From: Balanoglossus misakiensis | Taxonomy: Eukaryota > Animalia > Hemichordata | Length of the DNA stretch: 64,000 nucleotides | Direction of reading: 5' to 3' | Assembly (NCBI GenBank): GCA_040954595.2 | Contig: CM082579.2 | Coordinates: 14,794,550 to 14,858,549 of the forward strand | Notes under the pieces: model-generated | Databases searched by the model: none | Seen by the model: only the letters and a program-made list of their open reading frames with translations | What the model was told of the DNA's origin: nothing | Shown here: in pieces, positions 1 to 10,890 of the stretch | Layout of the letters: the number at the start of each line of letters is the position of its first letter | How positions within the stretch are numbered: the first letter of the stretch is position 1 | Translations under genes and position numbers: made by a program

Positions 1-720
1 TTCGTTGTATCTTTTGGCTTTATTTCCAGTATTTTTGTTCTATGTAGCAAATGCGATTTCATGTTCTACTCCACACAGATTGTTACTTGTCAGCACAGAA
101 TGTATGTGTATAATGGCCATTGTCATTGTTGACAATAATTCATGGATTCTAGTCTGGACTTAAATTCCAATTTGGCACAATAACAATGCTGACCATACAC
201 ATATATGTTTCATCATGTTTCGGGAATTTGCACAAGAAACTGCTAAACAAAGATACTGAAAACATAGGAAAAAGGTAAAGGTAATGGAGCTTTAATTACA
301 ATTCACACTGTATACAAAATCCATGTAAAAATTCAAAATACTGGATTTGTCAGCTTCAACTGATATGGGGGTCACACAAGAAATTGCTAAAACGTCTCAG
401 ATCAAATACTGGCATAAATTATTATTGGTGAATGGTTTAAGTGGTCCTGAATCTTCTCAGATTTGAGACACGTCTCTTACCAGGTTCACACAGGGTAAAA
501 TTTGAGACACTATTAGTCTATGGTAAACACAGAGCGTTAATACTTTGGGGGGGGGGGGGGGTTAGCTGGGCAGACCCGCCCTCCTTTATTTTTTGCCACC
601 CTGCTATCTTACGCGCCGCCCTGCTTTCTTTTCATTCCCGCCTTGGTAAATATTTATTGTTTCTGGTGCACGCTCCCGCATGCGGCTGGCATTTGAGAGA
701 ATGATATTTATTCAGTTTAG

Positions 721-1812
721 GGATGTTTTGTCGCCTTTGTACAAAACACAAGCAGAAGGCCAAGTGCGGAGGGACTTGGGTTACAACATCTCCATGTACA
801 TGTACCACCCTTCGCGAAGACAAACTCAAGCAGCATGAAGAGACAATTATCGACCGGGCGGCAATGCAGCTTGACGCCGAGGCAGCAGTTATCGAGAACA
901 GCAGCGGTCTTGTGGCTGCATTTGACAAGGTCATCACCTTTGAGACGCAAGCCTTCATGCATCGGCGTCCTACGATGCATGTATTTTCTCATGCACAGAG
1001 AATTGCCGCACACCACCAACTTCATCCATGTTTTGGAATTGGCAAAGTCCCTCGGGTGTTCATTCCTTGGTACTCTCAGCAGTGATGACCACAACTATAA
1101 TGGTTTATTGCATTGGTAAGTAGGTCTACTGATTTTTGTGCAGATCTAAATTGTAGGCAATGTAGTAACATTTATTTAAACCTGGTTGTTTTCAAGAAAG
1201 GATCACTGTTTAAGCAATAGTGTTACACTCAATAAATAATAATTACTGTACAAATTACTGTGAATTTTGATAAGTTTAATCTGAAGAGTAATTTTCATTT
1301 ATTTCATTTTTCAGGCAAAGTCATCCGTGATGAGATTTTAGAGAAGATGAAAGGAAGTAACTTCTATTCACTGTTAATAGATGAAAACAACTGATGTGGC
1401 TGTATTGAAGCAATTAATCATCTATTCCAAGTACACCTTGAAGTCTGGGAAGTCAGTTGTGTCTTTCCTTGGAGTTAAAGAAGTAAGTGGAAAGTTTTTC
1501 AATTTTTAAGTCTACACTGAATTAAAAACATACGATTAAACATGTTTTTGAGTGACCTCATTTAATTGATTTTGCTGACTAGTTATTTCAGGTGAGACAA
1601 ACATTGAGTTGTACATTGCATGTGTTAACATCAAGGTTTTATTTTCACTGTTTTAGGTTGGTGATGGCAGAGCAGACACCATTGCACAGTCAGTGAAGGA
1701 GTTTTCTTCAGAGAATGGTATTGTCTTAAGAGATCGTCTGTCTGCTTTGGGCAGTGATGGTGCTCCTGTTATGCTAGGACAGAAAGGAGGGGTGGCTACC
1801 AAACTAAAAAAA
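721..1812 (+). pseudogene. Intron-containing hAT-superfamily transposase / ZNF862-like gene fragment (exons 721-1115, 1315-1482, 1657-1812), frameshifted and 3'-incomplete
   Basis: Manual splicing at canonical sites: acceptor tttag|721, donor GTAAGT 1116, acceptor tttttcag|1315, donor GTAAGT 1483, acceptor ttttag|1657, donor GTGAGT 1813. The product reads MFCRLCTKH...LKQHE (TTF-type zinc-finger-like), AFIGVLRCMYFLMHRELPHTTNF, MVYCIGKVIRDEILEKMKGSNFYSLLIDETTDVAVLKQLIIY...FLGVKE|VGDGRADTIAQSV...LSALGSDGAPVMLGQKGGVATKLKK. DETTD and SDGA.VM.G..GGV are hallmark hAT/ZNF862 catalytic-domain motifs. Frameshifts: 4-bp ATGC insertion at ~957, another shift near ~1085, +1 A at ~1385. No downstream HCxxH exon found. 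Confidence 0.8.
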
Positions 1813-2621
1813 GTGAGTGAAATTTTGAGTTGTGAAGACATTGTGATTTTGTAAGTTTTTAGTTGGTGTCTTTATATCGTGACAATAATAATAGTAATAA
1901 TTAAAGCTGCAAGCAGCATTGAAGGGGCCCAAGCATAGAGATAATAACCATTAGACTCCATTCAGGGTTGTACCATTCAATTGCGTAGGCTGTATTTGCT
2001 CTGGATGTGGAGATATGGGGAAGTAGGCAACCACCCGAAATGGATGTCCTACAAGTACAAACACAACAACCACAAGTGAACTTCTACGTTATGTAAGGAC
2101 TTCAGTTAAGTACTTCAAAGGTCAGCTGAGGGTACCCAAAAATTGGGCCAAAAATTTGGATTCCTATTTGGTTCATATTCAAGACAACGGAAAATTCTCG
2201 CCCTTTGGGTTTTTAAAATTAGGTATGGCCATAATAATGAGTTACGCAAGTAAGTTACAGGTGGCCCTAGGAATTTAGCATTTCATGACGGTCCTACCCT
2301 ACCCCTCGAAACACGTGGCTATATATGATGTGCATGTTAACATATGGAAAGCAGGTCAATGGACACCTGAGGTCATTCAAAAATTTGACAGAAAAATTTC
2401 ATTCCTGTTTATGTCTTGTGCAACAAATCCTACATTTGCAGCCCTTTCACTTTGCCTAACATTAGGTATGCACGTAATACATGAATCAAGCAGGTGTCAA
2501 AGGTATCCCCCTGTATTTGGCATTTCATGATAGTTTCATCCCTCCAAATACCAAAGCTGCACCTGTACAACGGGATGAGATATGGCACTGTATGACAGAG
2601 GTCATCCAAATCACCTTATAC

Positions 2622-4085
2622 ATCAATCAATCAATCAATCAGAGAAATTTGTATAGCGCCAGTATCTATAACAAGTGTCATACTCAAAGGCGCTTGTGCT
2701 CATTGGCCCACACCATATGCTCTTGCGAAATAATGCGTCTTCAGTCTTTTCTTAAAGATACTCAAACTTGGAGCTTGACGAATGTTCCACAGTTTCGTTG
2801 CAGCATGAGAGAATGCTCGGCCACCGTATGAAGAACGTTTGTATATTGTAGTGCATAAAAGGCTCTTATTAGCTGAACGAAGCCTGCGACCAGGAGAATA
2901 TGTCCGAATGAGATCGCGGATATAGTTCGGAGCGAGATTATTTAAGGCTTTGTATGTGAGCAGATTTATTTTATACTCTATCCTGTGGCGAACTGGTAAC
3001 CAATGAAGAAGTTGAAGAACTGGCGTTATATGGGCAGACTTCCTGGACCGAGTTATGATTCTTGCAGCTGTATTTTGTGTGCGTTGTAGAAGGTTCAGAC
3101 TGCGTTCTGGTATACCATACAGTAATGCATTACCATAGTCGAGTTTCGCTGCCAAAATAGCATGAATCACTGTTTGACATGTTGCTTTGTTAAGAAATTT
3201 CCTGATTTGTCCGACACGGCGAAAGTGGTAATATATTGATTGACAAGTTTTCTTGATGTGATCTTTATACATGTGCGTATTGTCAAATATTACACCAATA
3301 TTGCGAGCTGATTTAAAGGTCTAATGCCATGCCCTATACAACCACGCGTAAAATCACTATTTGGGTCTTGAAGTTAACGTATGTTACTATCTTGCAATGC
3401 GTTTTGCCCCTTGTGCTTAGATAACGAGCAAGTAAAAGTGGCGGGTGGGCGTGTACCCCTAACGCAACTCAGTCGAGTTTTTTCGGCTTTTCGAAGTTCA
3501 GTCGAAGGCTTATCTTGATGTGGACAAATAGTCTTTCACACCTTTGTAAATCCTCTGCCTGTAATGTAAGGCAAGGGCTTCCTTTGCTTTGAACACTGTT
3601 TATATAGCTTGTCTTTGTCTTTGGACTTAATTACTCACGGACTGCTAATTACACTTTACTGTTAGCAGAATGGCACACTAGAACGTAGTGTACTTGTTTG
3701 TCCATATGCAAATACCTTCGCCTGGCTCGAGTGCGAAGTGGCTCCCTGATCACAGGCATGAAAAAAGGGGGCAAATTCCGGCATTCGCGCACATTTTTCG
3801 GAACCGACACAATAGGCAATGCATAGACAGGTACCCTAGGTGAGCTTTTGACGTGGAAAAATGAAAACTTTCCAAAGCATGGCATTAGACCTTTAACGAC
3901 GGGAACAGAGCTTGAACCAATGGTAATCTTGTCAATAGCATCAGCAGAGTGATGAAATTGTGAACGAATAAGTAGAATCTCAGTTTTTGGAGTCGTTGAG
4001 TTGAAGCTTGTTTTGGGTCATCCAGTCCTTAAGATCACGGATACAGGCCTCAATGGACATTTGGGCAAAAACCAACTGACACTTA
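2622..4085 (-). mobile_element. 5'-truncated L2-clade LINE (C-terminal ORF2, 3' UTR and (GATT)n tail), interrupted by a MITE at 3317-3892
   Basis: ORF 2700-3272 has typical L2 C-terminal motifs (LDYGNALLYG, LQRTQNTAARII, HITPVLQLLHWLPVRHRIEYKI, GGRAFSHAATKLWN, FKKRLKTHYF). Sequence 3897-4085 encodes the upstream part (IEACIRDLKDWMTQNKLQLND..KTEILLI). The 3' UTR has AAGCGCCTTTGAG...GGCGCTATACAAAT followed by a (GATT)n tail (TCAA repeats at 2622-2640). The 5' boundary is approximate. Confidence 0.9.
3317..3892. mobile_element. 576-bp Kolobok/T2-type MITE, copy 1
   Basis: TTAA target duplication (3313-3316 and 3893-3896) and perfect 16-bp TIR AGGTCTAATGCCATGC. Removing it restores the L2 frame GSSSVPVVKSARNIGVIFDN. 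TTAA plus AGG termini is characteristic of Kolobok/T2 MITEs, whereas piggyBac typically starts CCY. Confidence 0.9.
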
Positions 4086-4644
4086 CATTCGTCCCTGTGG
4101 AACAAAAACCACACCTATCGCCCTGTTGGTTAGTGTCTAATTAAATGTACAAAATCAATGACTTAGGCAGGTGCAACAGACGACCCCGCCTTTGGTATAT
4201 CATTATGGTCCCATCCGTATATGCCCCCCCCCCCTCCCAAGCCAAAGCTGCATGCATCTGCTGTGGATGCTCACTAAGCAAAAGTAGGTGAAAGGTCACA
4301 TAAGGTCGCCCACAACTTGACGGGAAAATCGGACTTCATATTGATCCATGTGCAACAAATAGCACGCTACCACCCCTTTCATTGACCCCACAATTACGCA
4401 TGCACATAATTATTGAGTTATGCAGGTGTCACAGGTGACACCCGAATCGGGTGTATTATTTTAGTCCCATACAGCTGCATGTAGCTGCGTGCCGTTACGG
4501 GCGACCTGATAACCCACACGGCCACCTGCGGGCCGACCCCCATACTGAACGTCCAGTTGCAACATCACGACTGAAGTAGGAACTTTTGAACGGCAACGAA
4601 GCCTGATCTCTGATTATTGCTGGTACCATACTCCTGTCGTGCAA

Positions 4645-4760
4645 GAAAATCACTGGTCTGCTGACGTATTTCAGCCAATTTCCCAAACTACTATCCACTA
4701 CATGTGACTACAATGCTAATGAAACCTCCCACAACATTAGCGACTTAGGGTCAAAGTCCA
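4645..4760 (+). repeat. Diverged direct repeat unit of the Helentron-like element (partner at ~7378-7495)
   Basis: AATCACTGGTCTGCTGACGTATTTCAGCCAATTT...TGCTAATGAAACCTCCCACAACATTA...GGTCAAAGTCC here, versus AATCACTGGTCTGTTTACGTATTTCAGCCGATTT...TGCTAATGAGATCTCCACAACATTA...GGTCAAAGTCC at 7378-7495. Confidence 0.8.
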
Positions 4761-7297
4761 CTGTTTTAAATTTTTTCATCGGTTTTACTTTAAAGGATGC
4801 CCACAAATTGCAACAGTAAATATTACTACAATATGCCAAAAATAAAACTTTCTTCACATCTTGACTAAAATGTTGAAAATGTCTCAATAGCATGTTTGCT
4901 CTAACACAAAATGCTCTTCTCTGTCGTTCAATATCTTCATTATCACAACCCTCACAAGATATAACATGGCCCAGATAGGTGTGTACAGGTACAAACTTTA
5001 AAGTGATGTCATTAAGTTTAACCGAAGGAATTCTTTGAACGCTCATATTCTTCCCATTAAAAAGCATGCACACAGTTTTACTAGAATTATAAATTATATC
5101 ATAATCATTGCCATAAATTTCACAAATTCTAAGAAGACGGTGTAGACCCTTAATACTTGGACTGAGTAGAGTCATGTCGTCAGCGTAACCTAAAGTGTTA
5201 GCGCTGACACCACACATGGTACAGCCAACTTTGGCTTTACAGAGTGCATTGATAAGATCATCAATGTAGACATTAAAAAGATAGGGAGAGAGTACTCCCC
5301 CTTGTCTTACACCGTTAGAAACAGAAAACAACTCTGAGGTTTCATTACCCCACAACACAGTAAACAATTGATTTCTGTACCATTAAAGGTCACATGTCAT
5401 GCTTTGGAAAGTTTTCATTTTTCCACGTCGAAAGCTCACCTAGGGTACCTGTCTATGCATTGCCTATTGTGTCGGTTCCGAAAAATGTGCACGAATGCCA
5501 GAATTTGCCACCTTTTTTCATGCCTGTGATCGGGGAGCCACTTCGCACTCGAGCCAGGCGAAGGTATTTGCATATGGACAAACAAGTACACTATGTCGTA
5601 GTGTACCATTCTGTTTACAGTAAAGTGTAATTATCGGTCCATGAGTAATTAAGTCCACAGACAAAGATAAGCTATATAAACAGTGTTCAAAGCAAAGGAA
5701 GCCCTTGCCTCACATTGCAGGCAGAGGATTTACAAAGGTGTGAAAGACTATTTGTCCACATCAAGATAAGTCTTCGGCTTAACTTCGAAAAGCCAAAAAA
5801 AATCGACTGAGTTGGGTTAGGGGTACACGCCCACCCGCCACTTTTACTTGCTTGTTATCTAAGCACAAGGGGCAAAACGCATTGCAAGATAGTAACATAC
5901 GTTAACTTCAAGACCCAAATAGTGATTTTACGCGTGGTTGTATAGGGCATGGCATGGGACCTTTAATATAAAATTCGTACAGCATACAAGGGAACATTCC
6001 TGTCGATGAGCTTGTTAACCAGTTTAAAGTGATTAACTCTGTCAAAAGCTTTTGAAGCATCCAGAAAACAAGTAAACACTGGTCTTCCATTGCTGGTGTA
6101 GTAGCTAATGATTTCTTTAAATGCAAATAAACACAGGTCAGTTGTATGTTCTCGCTTGAAACCAAATTGTAAATAATGAGAGGTAAGAAACTCCTCACAA
6201 CGAGAAAGTAAAATAGGCTCAAAAACTTTAGAGAAAACAGTTGCTAGTGCTATCGGCCGGTAGTTACTGGCATCACTACAAAGCTTAGTTTTATCCTTAA
6301 TTGGAACTAAAATAACGTTGATAGCCTCAGTTTGCAGGTAACCATGAACAATCAAGTCAAAATGGGTAAAATAGAGGAGTCTGAGAATTTGAGGTGCTCA
6401 GCTGAAATATTGTCAATGCCAGCTGTCTTATCGTCAGGTAACTTATGTATAGCAGAAATTACTTCTTCTTCAGAAACATACATATCAGAAGAAAATTTAA
6501 CATACTTCATTTTCTCCTCGATGTCATTTTTACCAGTCTGAGCCTGGACAGAATTCAAAATATCACTGAAATGCTTGTGCCACATAATTGCAATTTCACT
6601 CTCACCAGTCGCTCCACCTACAGTGTCAGAAAGCGGCATTTTTCTGCTAGTTTGCTTTCTGACTTCCTTCCAGAAGTCGTTCTGTTTGTGGCAGCGTAAA
6701 TTGTCAGCCATCTTGTCAGCCCTATTTTGATTCTCAATCTTTTTACAAGCACGTAAAGCATACTTAAAACGAGGTCTGGAAGATTTCATGGTTTCAAAAA
6801 GCGGGCCTTGTTAAGGTTTACCCCCATTAACCCATAATAAAAACATGGAACGGGCATAGTCGTGACTTTCTTTTACAAAATCGTTCCAGCCAGGCACAAC
6901 ATGAACTTTCTGGTGAAACTTACGCCTAATGGTATCTTTTGCAGCACAATTCAATGCGTCCACAACACTACTATAACAAGTATCAATTGCCTGTAAATGC
7001 GAAGGGTATGTACAGTTCACATTAGTGCAGAATAACTCTTCGGATAAATTAATCTTATCAACCTTGGCTTTGGTACAACGGGTGTAGGCGGATATATTCT
7101 GCTGTGACAATTTTTTCCAATCAACTCGAAAATTACATTGCTTGAAGGAACTACTGCTGAAGCATTCATCAGCAGAAGTGTTGAAATGAACCTCTATTGA
7201 AACAGGAATATGGTCGGAGTCAACAACATTGCAAAGACTCGAAATTGAAAGAACATTGCTATAAAAAATTTTAGTGGTAACACAGTGGTCAATCCAA
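4761..7297 (-). mobile_element. Internal fragment of an APE-RT non-LTR retrotransposon ORF2 (CR1/L2 group, clade uncertain), pseudogenised and interrupted by a MITE at 5387-5962
   Basis: APE C-terminal motifs WIDHCVTT...SDHIPV (~7205-7296); PGWNDFVK...GGKP*QGPLFETMK; KTAGIDNISAEHLK; SNYRPIALATVFSKVFE; QFGFK; FLDASKAFDRVNH; GVRQGGVLSPYLFNVYIDDL; YADD; YLGH. Contains an in-frame stop at 6811 and a frameshift near 6352. Ends at CCNLW...FKT with no 3' UTR or tail. Confidence 0.9.
5387..5962. mobile_element. 576-bp Kolobok/T2-type MITE, copy 2 (inverted relative to copy 1)
   Basis: TTAA at 5383-5386 and 5963-5966. Imperfect TIRs AGGTCACATGTCATGC / AGGTCCCATGCCATGC. Colinear reverse complement of 3317-3892 with scattered substitutions and the same length. 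Confidence 0.9.
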
Positions 7298-8623
7298 ACT
7301 CAGCGTAATTCAATAAAACGCCCTAACACAGCCTGAACTCCGATAATGTGTTGTCCCAAAATTCATTCCGTGGAAAATAATCACTGGTCTGTTTACGTAT
7401 TTCAGCCGATTTTCCAAGGACTACTGCAACTCGCCAGAAGTGAGTAGCCTGCTAATGAGATCTCCACAACATTACGTAATGACGGTCAAAGTCCGATGCC
7501 CCAGTGTCCGTCCTCAGCCCACCAAAAAATGCGAAAAAATATTACAAAAATCTTCTTCTCAAAATCGACGTGGCCTAGGACCTTGAAATTTGGCACAGGG
7601 GATTTTGGCCACATGGTCTACAAAAATCGCGAAAAGAATGTACATGCCCCCATTAACGTGCAAATTAGGTCAATTTGAAAATTTCGCTCGATTATAGCCA
7701 CAAAGTCACGTGACTAATTACAAATTCAAAGGGCAGGTGCACCAGTACTCATGGGCCCCAACCACCGTGCCAAATTTGGAGGCGCACCTGCCGGAATTTC
7801 AGAGAAAAACGGGCGCAAAAAAACGACTCAAGAAGAAAGAAGACAAACTCCAGCAATAACAGAAGGGGACCAAGCGCCTGAGGGCTCTTGGTCCCCTAAA
7901 TATGGGACTAAACTTGACAGATACCCGGAATATTTTCCTATTTAGGATACCTGGTTGCATTTCCACCTAAAGGCGTCCTATTGGCGTGGAAATTTTATAA
8001 CTTGAAATCGTTTGACTGGGTGATAGGTATTAATATCTTATGATGTTATAAAACACTTGGCTCGCCGAAGGTAAGGACCGATTATAGCGTCAGTCGTGTC
8101 ATAAAATCTATATGAACGTCATGGGTCAATAAACTTGATGGTCCAATAAAATTTAATGGTTCGTAAAACTATTGTGTCCAATGTCTGCAGAGTATACTGG
8201 CTGCAACATGTGTATGAGTCAGGATTAACGGCTGTAGCCATCAACCCAAAAGGTGAACGTCCTATTCTCACTAACTTAAATAGGTTTTGCGACCTAGTTG
8301 AGTGATAAAAACCTTATGATAAAGTCGACACGATTTCAAGATGACGATGTGCAAATGAGAGTTCATAAGCTAAAGTAAAGTTCAATGAATTCTATACAAA
8401 GTTCAAAAAAGATTTTTTACTAAAGGAAGACATGAACAAACTGATATCGTCTCTTCATATTCGTACATGTCCAACTGTTGTGATTTGACCCCCCCATGGT
8501 ACATGAACCTATTACTTAGAACACACTTAAACAATTGGCATTTGAAGTGCCTTGCTTGACAGTGTTTAATGCGGTGGTCAGCCGCGTTTATCTCTCGCCA
8601 CTTCATGCATCATGTCGCCTTAA

Positions 8624-8941
8624 AGGGACAAACTCTCTCTCTCGTCGCCCTTTTCTATTAATTATGTTTGATACAAGACACCGTTTATATTAATGGGCAT
8701 GTGTATATGTAGTGAATGAACGTTCAACCACACACAACTTCCATCCTGCTTGTATGATATGAGAGTAAAAACTCGCCCAAAATGAATTAATGGTAGAGAC
8801 CGATTTTTCAGTTTTGCGAGTTTTCGCTCTCGTGTCTACATGCGGGATAGAAGGTGTGTGCGGTTGAACGTTGCATCACTATATATCCACATTTACATTA
8901 ATATAAACGGTGTTTTGTATCAAACATGGAAAAGGGCAGCG
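8624..8941. mobile_element. Foldback-type TTAA MITE (second Kolobok/T2-like family), right end truncated
   Basis: Begins TTAA|AGGGACA (TTAA 8620-8623). Long imperfect internal inverted arms: GCCCTTTTC...TGTTTGATACAAGACACCGTTTATATTAATG versus CATTAATATAAACGGTGTTTTGTATCAAACA...GAAAAGGGC. The terminal TGTCCCT|TTAA is missing on the right. Confidence 0.75.
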
Positions 8942-9581
8942 TGTTAAGGATGTACGATCAGTAAAATTGAAAGCATTGTCATTTCTTTTAATCGTGAATT
9001 TTCGTTTCTGATTTGTATGTATAATGAAAATCCATTTTGGGTCACTGCACTTGTTTTCGACTTTAAACAAGGCCGTGAATTTAGTCGACAATTGAAGAAA
9101 ACTGCTAACGGTCAGCATTTTCTACCAATGGTTTGTCTATGGATACAATATTGAACAAAGTTTATCTCAAAATAGAGCGTGATGAATTTATTTTGATTTG
9201 TCGGAGCTATGTGTAAAATTTCATGAAAATGACAATAGTAGAAGTGAGTTTTCTAACTATTCTCCATGTACTCCTATGGGAAGAGACACAGGCGCACAGT
9301 TTACCAGTTGACGACCTCTAAAGAGGAAACGGGGGGGGGGGGGATGATGAAAGGTTTAAGACTTACAGATCACAACTTAAAGAGCCATTCAGAAAGAGGC
9401 TTAGAGTGGAGTATCAAATCGGACGATACCACTGACTGGTGGAGGAAGACAAAATAAGCAAACTGAGTAGATGAGTGCTCAGATTTCTTCAGAGGACCAA
9501 ACGTTTCAAAGAATTATACGTGACAATCCATGCCTGGTCCGTCAGTAGATATAAACAGAACATTGTGGCTGTATTCATTAA

Positions 9582-9872
9582 AGGGACCAAGTCTCTCTCT
9601 CGCTGCCCTTTTTCCATTAATTATGTTTGATACAAGACTGCGTTTATATTATTCTACATGTGGATATAGTGAATCAACGTTCAACCATACACACCTTCCA
9701 CCCCGCTTGTATAGACACGAGAGTTTTAAAAAGTAGCCAAAATGAATAAACGGTCTCTACCATTTATTCATTTCGGGCGAGTTTTTACTCTCGTATCATA
9801 CAAGCCGGATGGAAGTTGTGTGTGGTTGAACGTTCATTCACTAACATAAACGGTGTCTTGTATCATGTCCCT
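9582..9872. mobile_element. Foldback-type TTAA MITE, second copy of the 8624-8941 family, inverted, with deletions in the right arm
   Basis: TTAA|AGGGACC...TGTCCCT|TTAA (TSDs 9578-9581 and 9873-9876). 9780-9843 is the reverse complement of ~8710-8775 (TAGTGAATGAACGTTCAACCACACACAACTTCCATCC...). Confidence 0.8.
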
Positions 9873-10220
9873 TTAACACTTTTGAAGCATTTTACTAATG
9901 CTAACATGACTAGACCAATTGAATGATGTTACATTGCAGGTTATCAACTCAGAGGGGCGTCTTGTTATAAAGCGGTACCTGACAAACAATCAGCTGGCAA
10001 CGCTGAAAATACCTGTCAGTCGTAAGTATGAAAGTATACATCATTTGAGTAGAATTTTACGGGAGTTCCTAACAAGGCTTGGACATGTCACGCACAAATA
10101 CAAAGGGCGCGTATAAAGACAGACAAAACCTCGCTCAGTGTGAGGTGTTCAGCGATTGCATCTGATAAGTCGAAAATGCTTGATCACGTGTCATGTTCAG
10201 TTGGGAAATTGGATATGTCT

Positions 10221-10482
10221 CAGGCCAAAAAAACTAATATGTGCTATTCCGATTACATGGTTTTCAAAAATATTGTAGGTAGAAAGGGACATTTTTTTAT
10301 TTTTCAATTTTTTTTATATCTTTGGCCGTCGTAGTGTAGAAGAATGACATCATAGTTCTTGCGTGATTCTCGCAATTTTCATGAATTGTTTTATATTTGA
10401 CATCGTTATTTTTACTTCCGGTTTGCGAAGATCTAAACTGTTTTGGGTCGGCGGGCTAAAATTAGGGTAGTTCGGGTAATCG
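10221..10482. mobile_element. Possible degraded short non-autonomous DNA element with a truncated right inverted repeat
   Basis: Starts AGGCCAAAAAAA...TTCCGATTAC and ends GGGTCGGCGGG...TAGGGTAGTTCGGGTAATCG, where GTAATCG (10476-10482) is the inverse of CGATTAC (10250-10256). From memory it resembles small TIR elements common in marine invertebrate genomes; not verified. Confidence 0.3.
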
Positions 10483-10653
10483 TTATGACATTGGGAGCTA
10501 CGGCTGCAAAGCCATGTGTCTCGTGCGAAAAGGGCCCTTAACCTTTTGCAATATTTAACAGCAAACAACAGACAGTTTTGAGAATAAAAGGTTTCCGTCG
10601 TGTCTGACTTTCATATCGCATTAATAGCATATCCCTAATTTTAAAGAAATTAG

Positions 10654-10890
10654 GAGAGACAGAGTGAAACAGGCAGAGTGGCAGACAGACACAAGCAGAC
10701 AGACAGAGCAACATTCATCAGTAGAGACACTCACCGGTCGCTCGCTCGCTCGCTCACTCTCTCTCTCAGAGAGAGGGGGCAGACAGTCAGACAGACAGAC
10801 GTTGACAGACAGTCAGTAAGTCAGTCAGCCAGTTAATCAGTCAGTCAGACGTCAAAGACACAGTGACACAAACACAGCGAGGGAGACAAA
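10654..10890. repeat. Compound degenerate microsatellite (GACA/GGCA, CGCT, CT/GA, GTCA)
   Basis: Runs such as cagacagacag, cgctcgctcgctcgct, ctctctctctc, gagagag and cagtcagtcag. Confidence 0.85.

Larger units (their letters stand above)
1901..7899 (-). mobile_element. Non-autonomous Helentron/HINE (DINE-1-like) element, ~2 kb net after removing nested insertions
   Basis: Minus-strand 5' end: subTIR plus inverted copy forming a hairpin (+ strand AGGGGACCAAG 7864-7874 / CTTGGTCCCCT 7887-7897), next to a short (GAA)n-like tract at ~7829-7843. Minus-strand 3' end: matching subTIR AGGGGCCCAAG (1923-1933) and terminal hairpin GCTGC-AA-GCAGC (1906-1917). Flanks are A/T-rich. Diverged internal repeats are present (e.g. 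~2221/2461, ~4165/4420, 4645-4760/7378-7495). This matches the published DINE-1/HINE architecture. Confidence 0.7.

Noticed and set aside
547-561. Poly-G runs (also 9331-9343) and poly-C (~4224-4234) as G-quadruplex regulatory elements
   Set aside because: They are isolated homopolymers with no supporting context.
3649-5630. Twin 78-aa ORFs (3649-3885 minus, 5394-5630 plus) as a conserved small gene
   Set aside because: Both lie within two recent copies of one MITE and start inside the TIR. Many differences are non-synonymous and there is no recognisable domain.
3317-5962. Invertible segment, or one large element bounded by 576-bp TIRs
   Set aside because: Each copy has its own TIRs and TTAA TSDs, and each host LINE is colinear across its MITE, so these are independent insertions with no inversion.
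4708-7110. RT ORFs as a retron, DGR or other novel RT system paired with the repeat array
   Set aside because: The motifs and upstream APE domain identify an ordinary degraded non-LTR retrotransposon with stops and frameshifts. There is no sequence link to the satellite.
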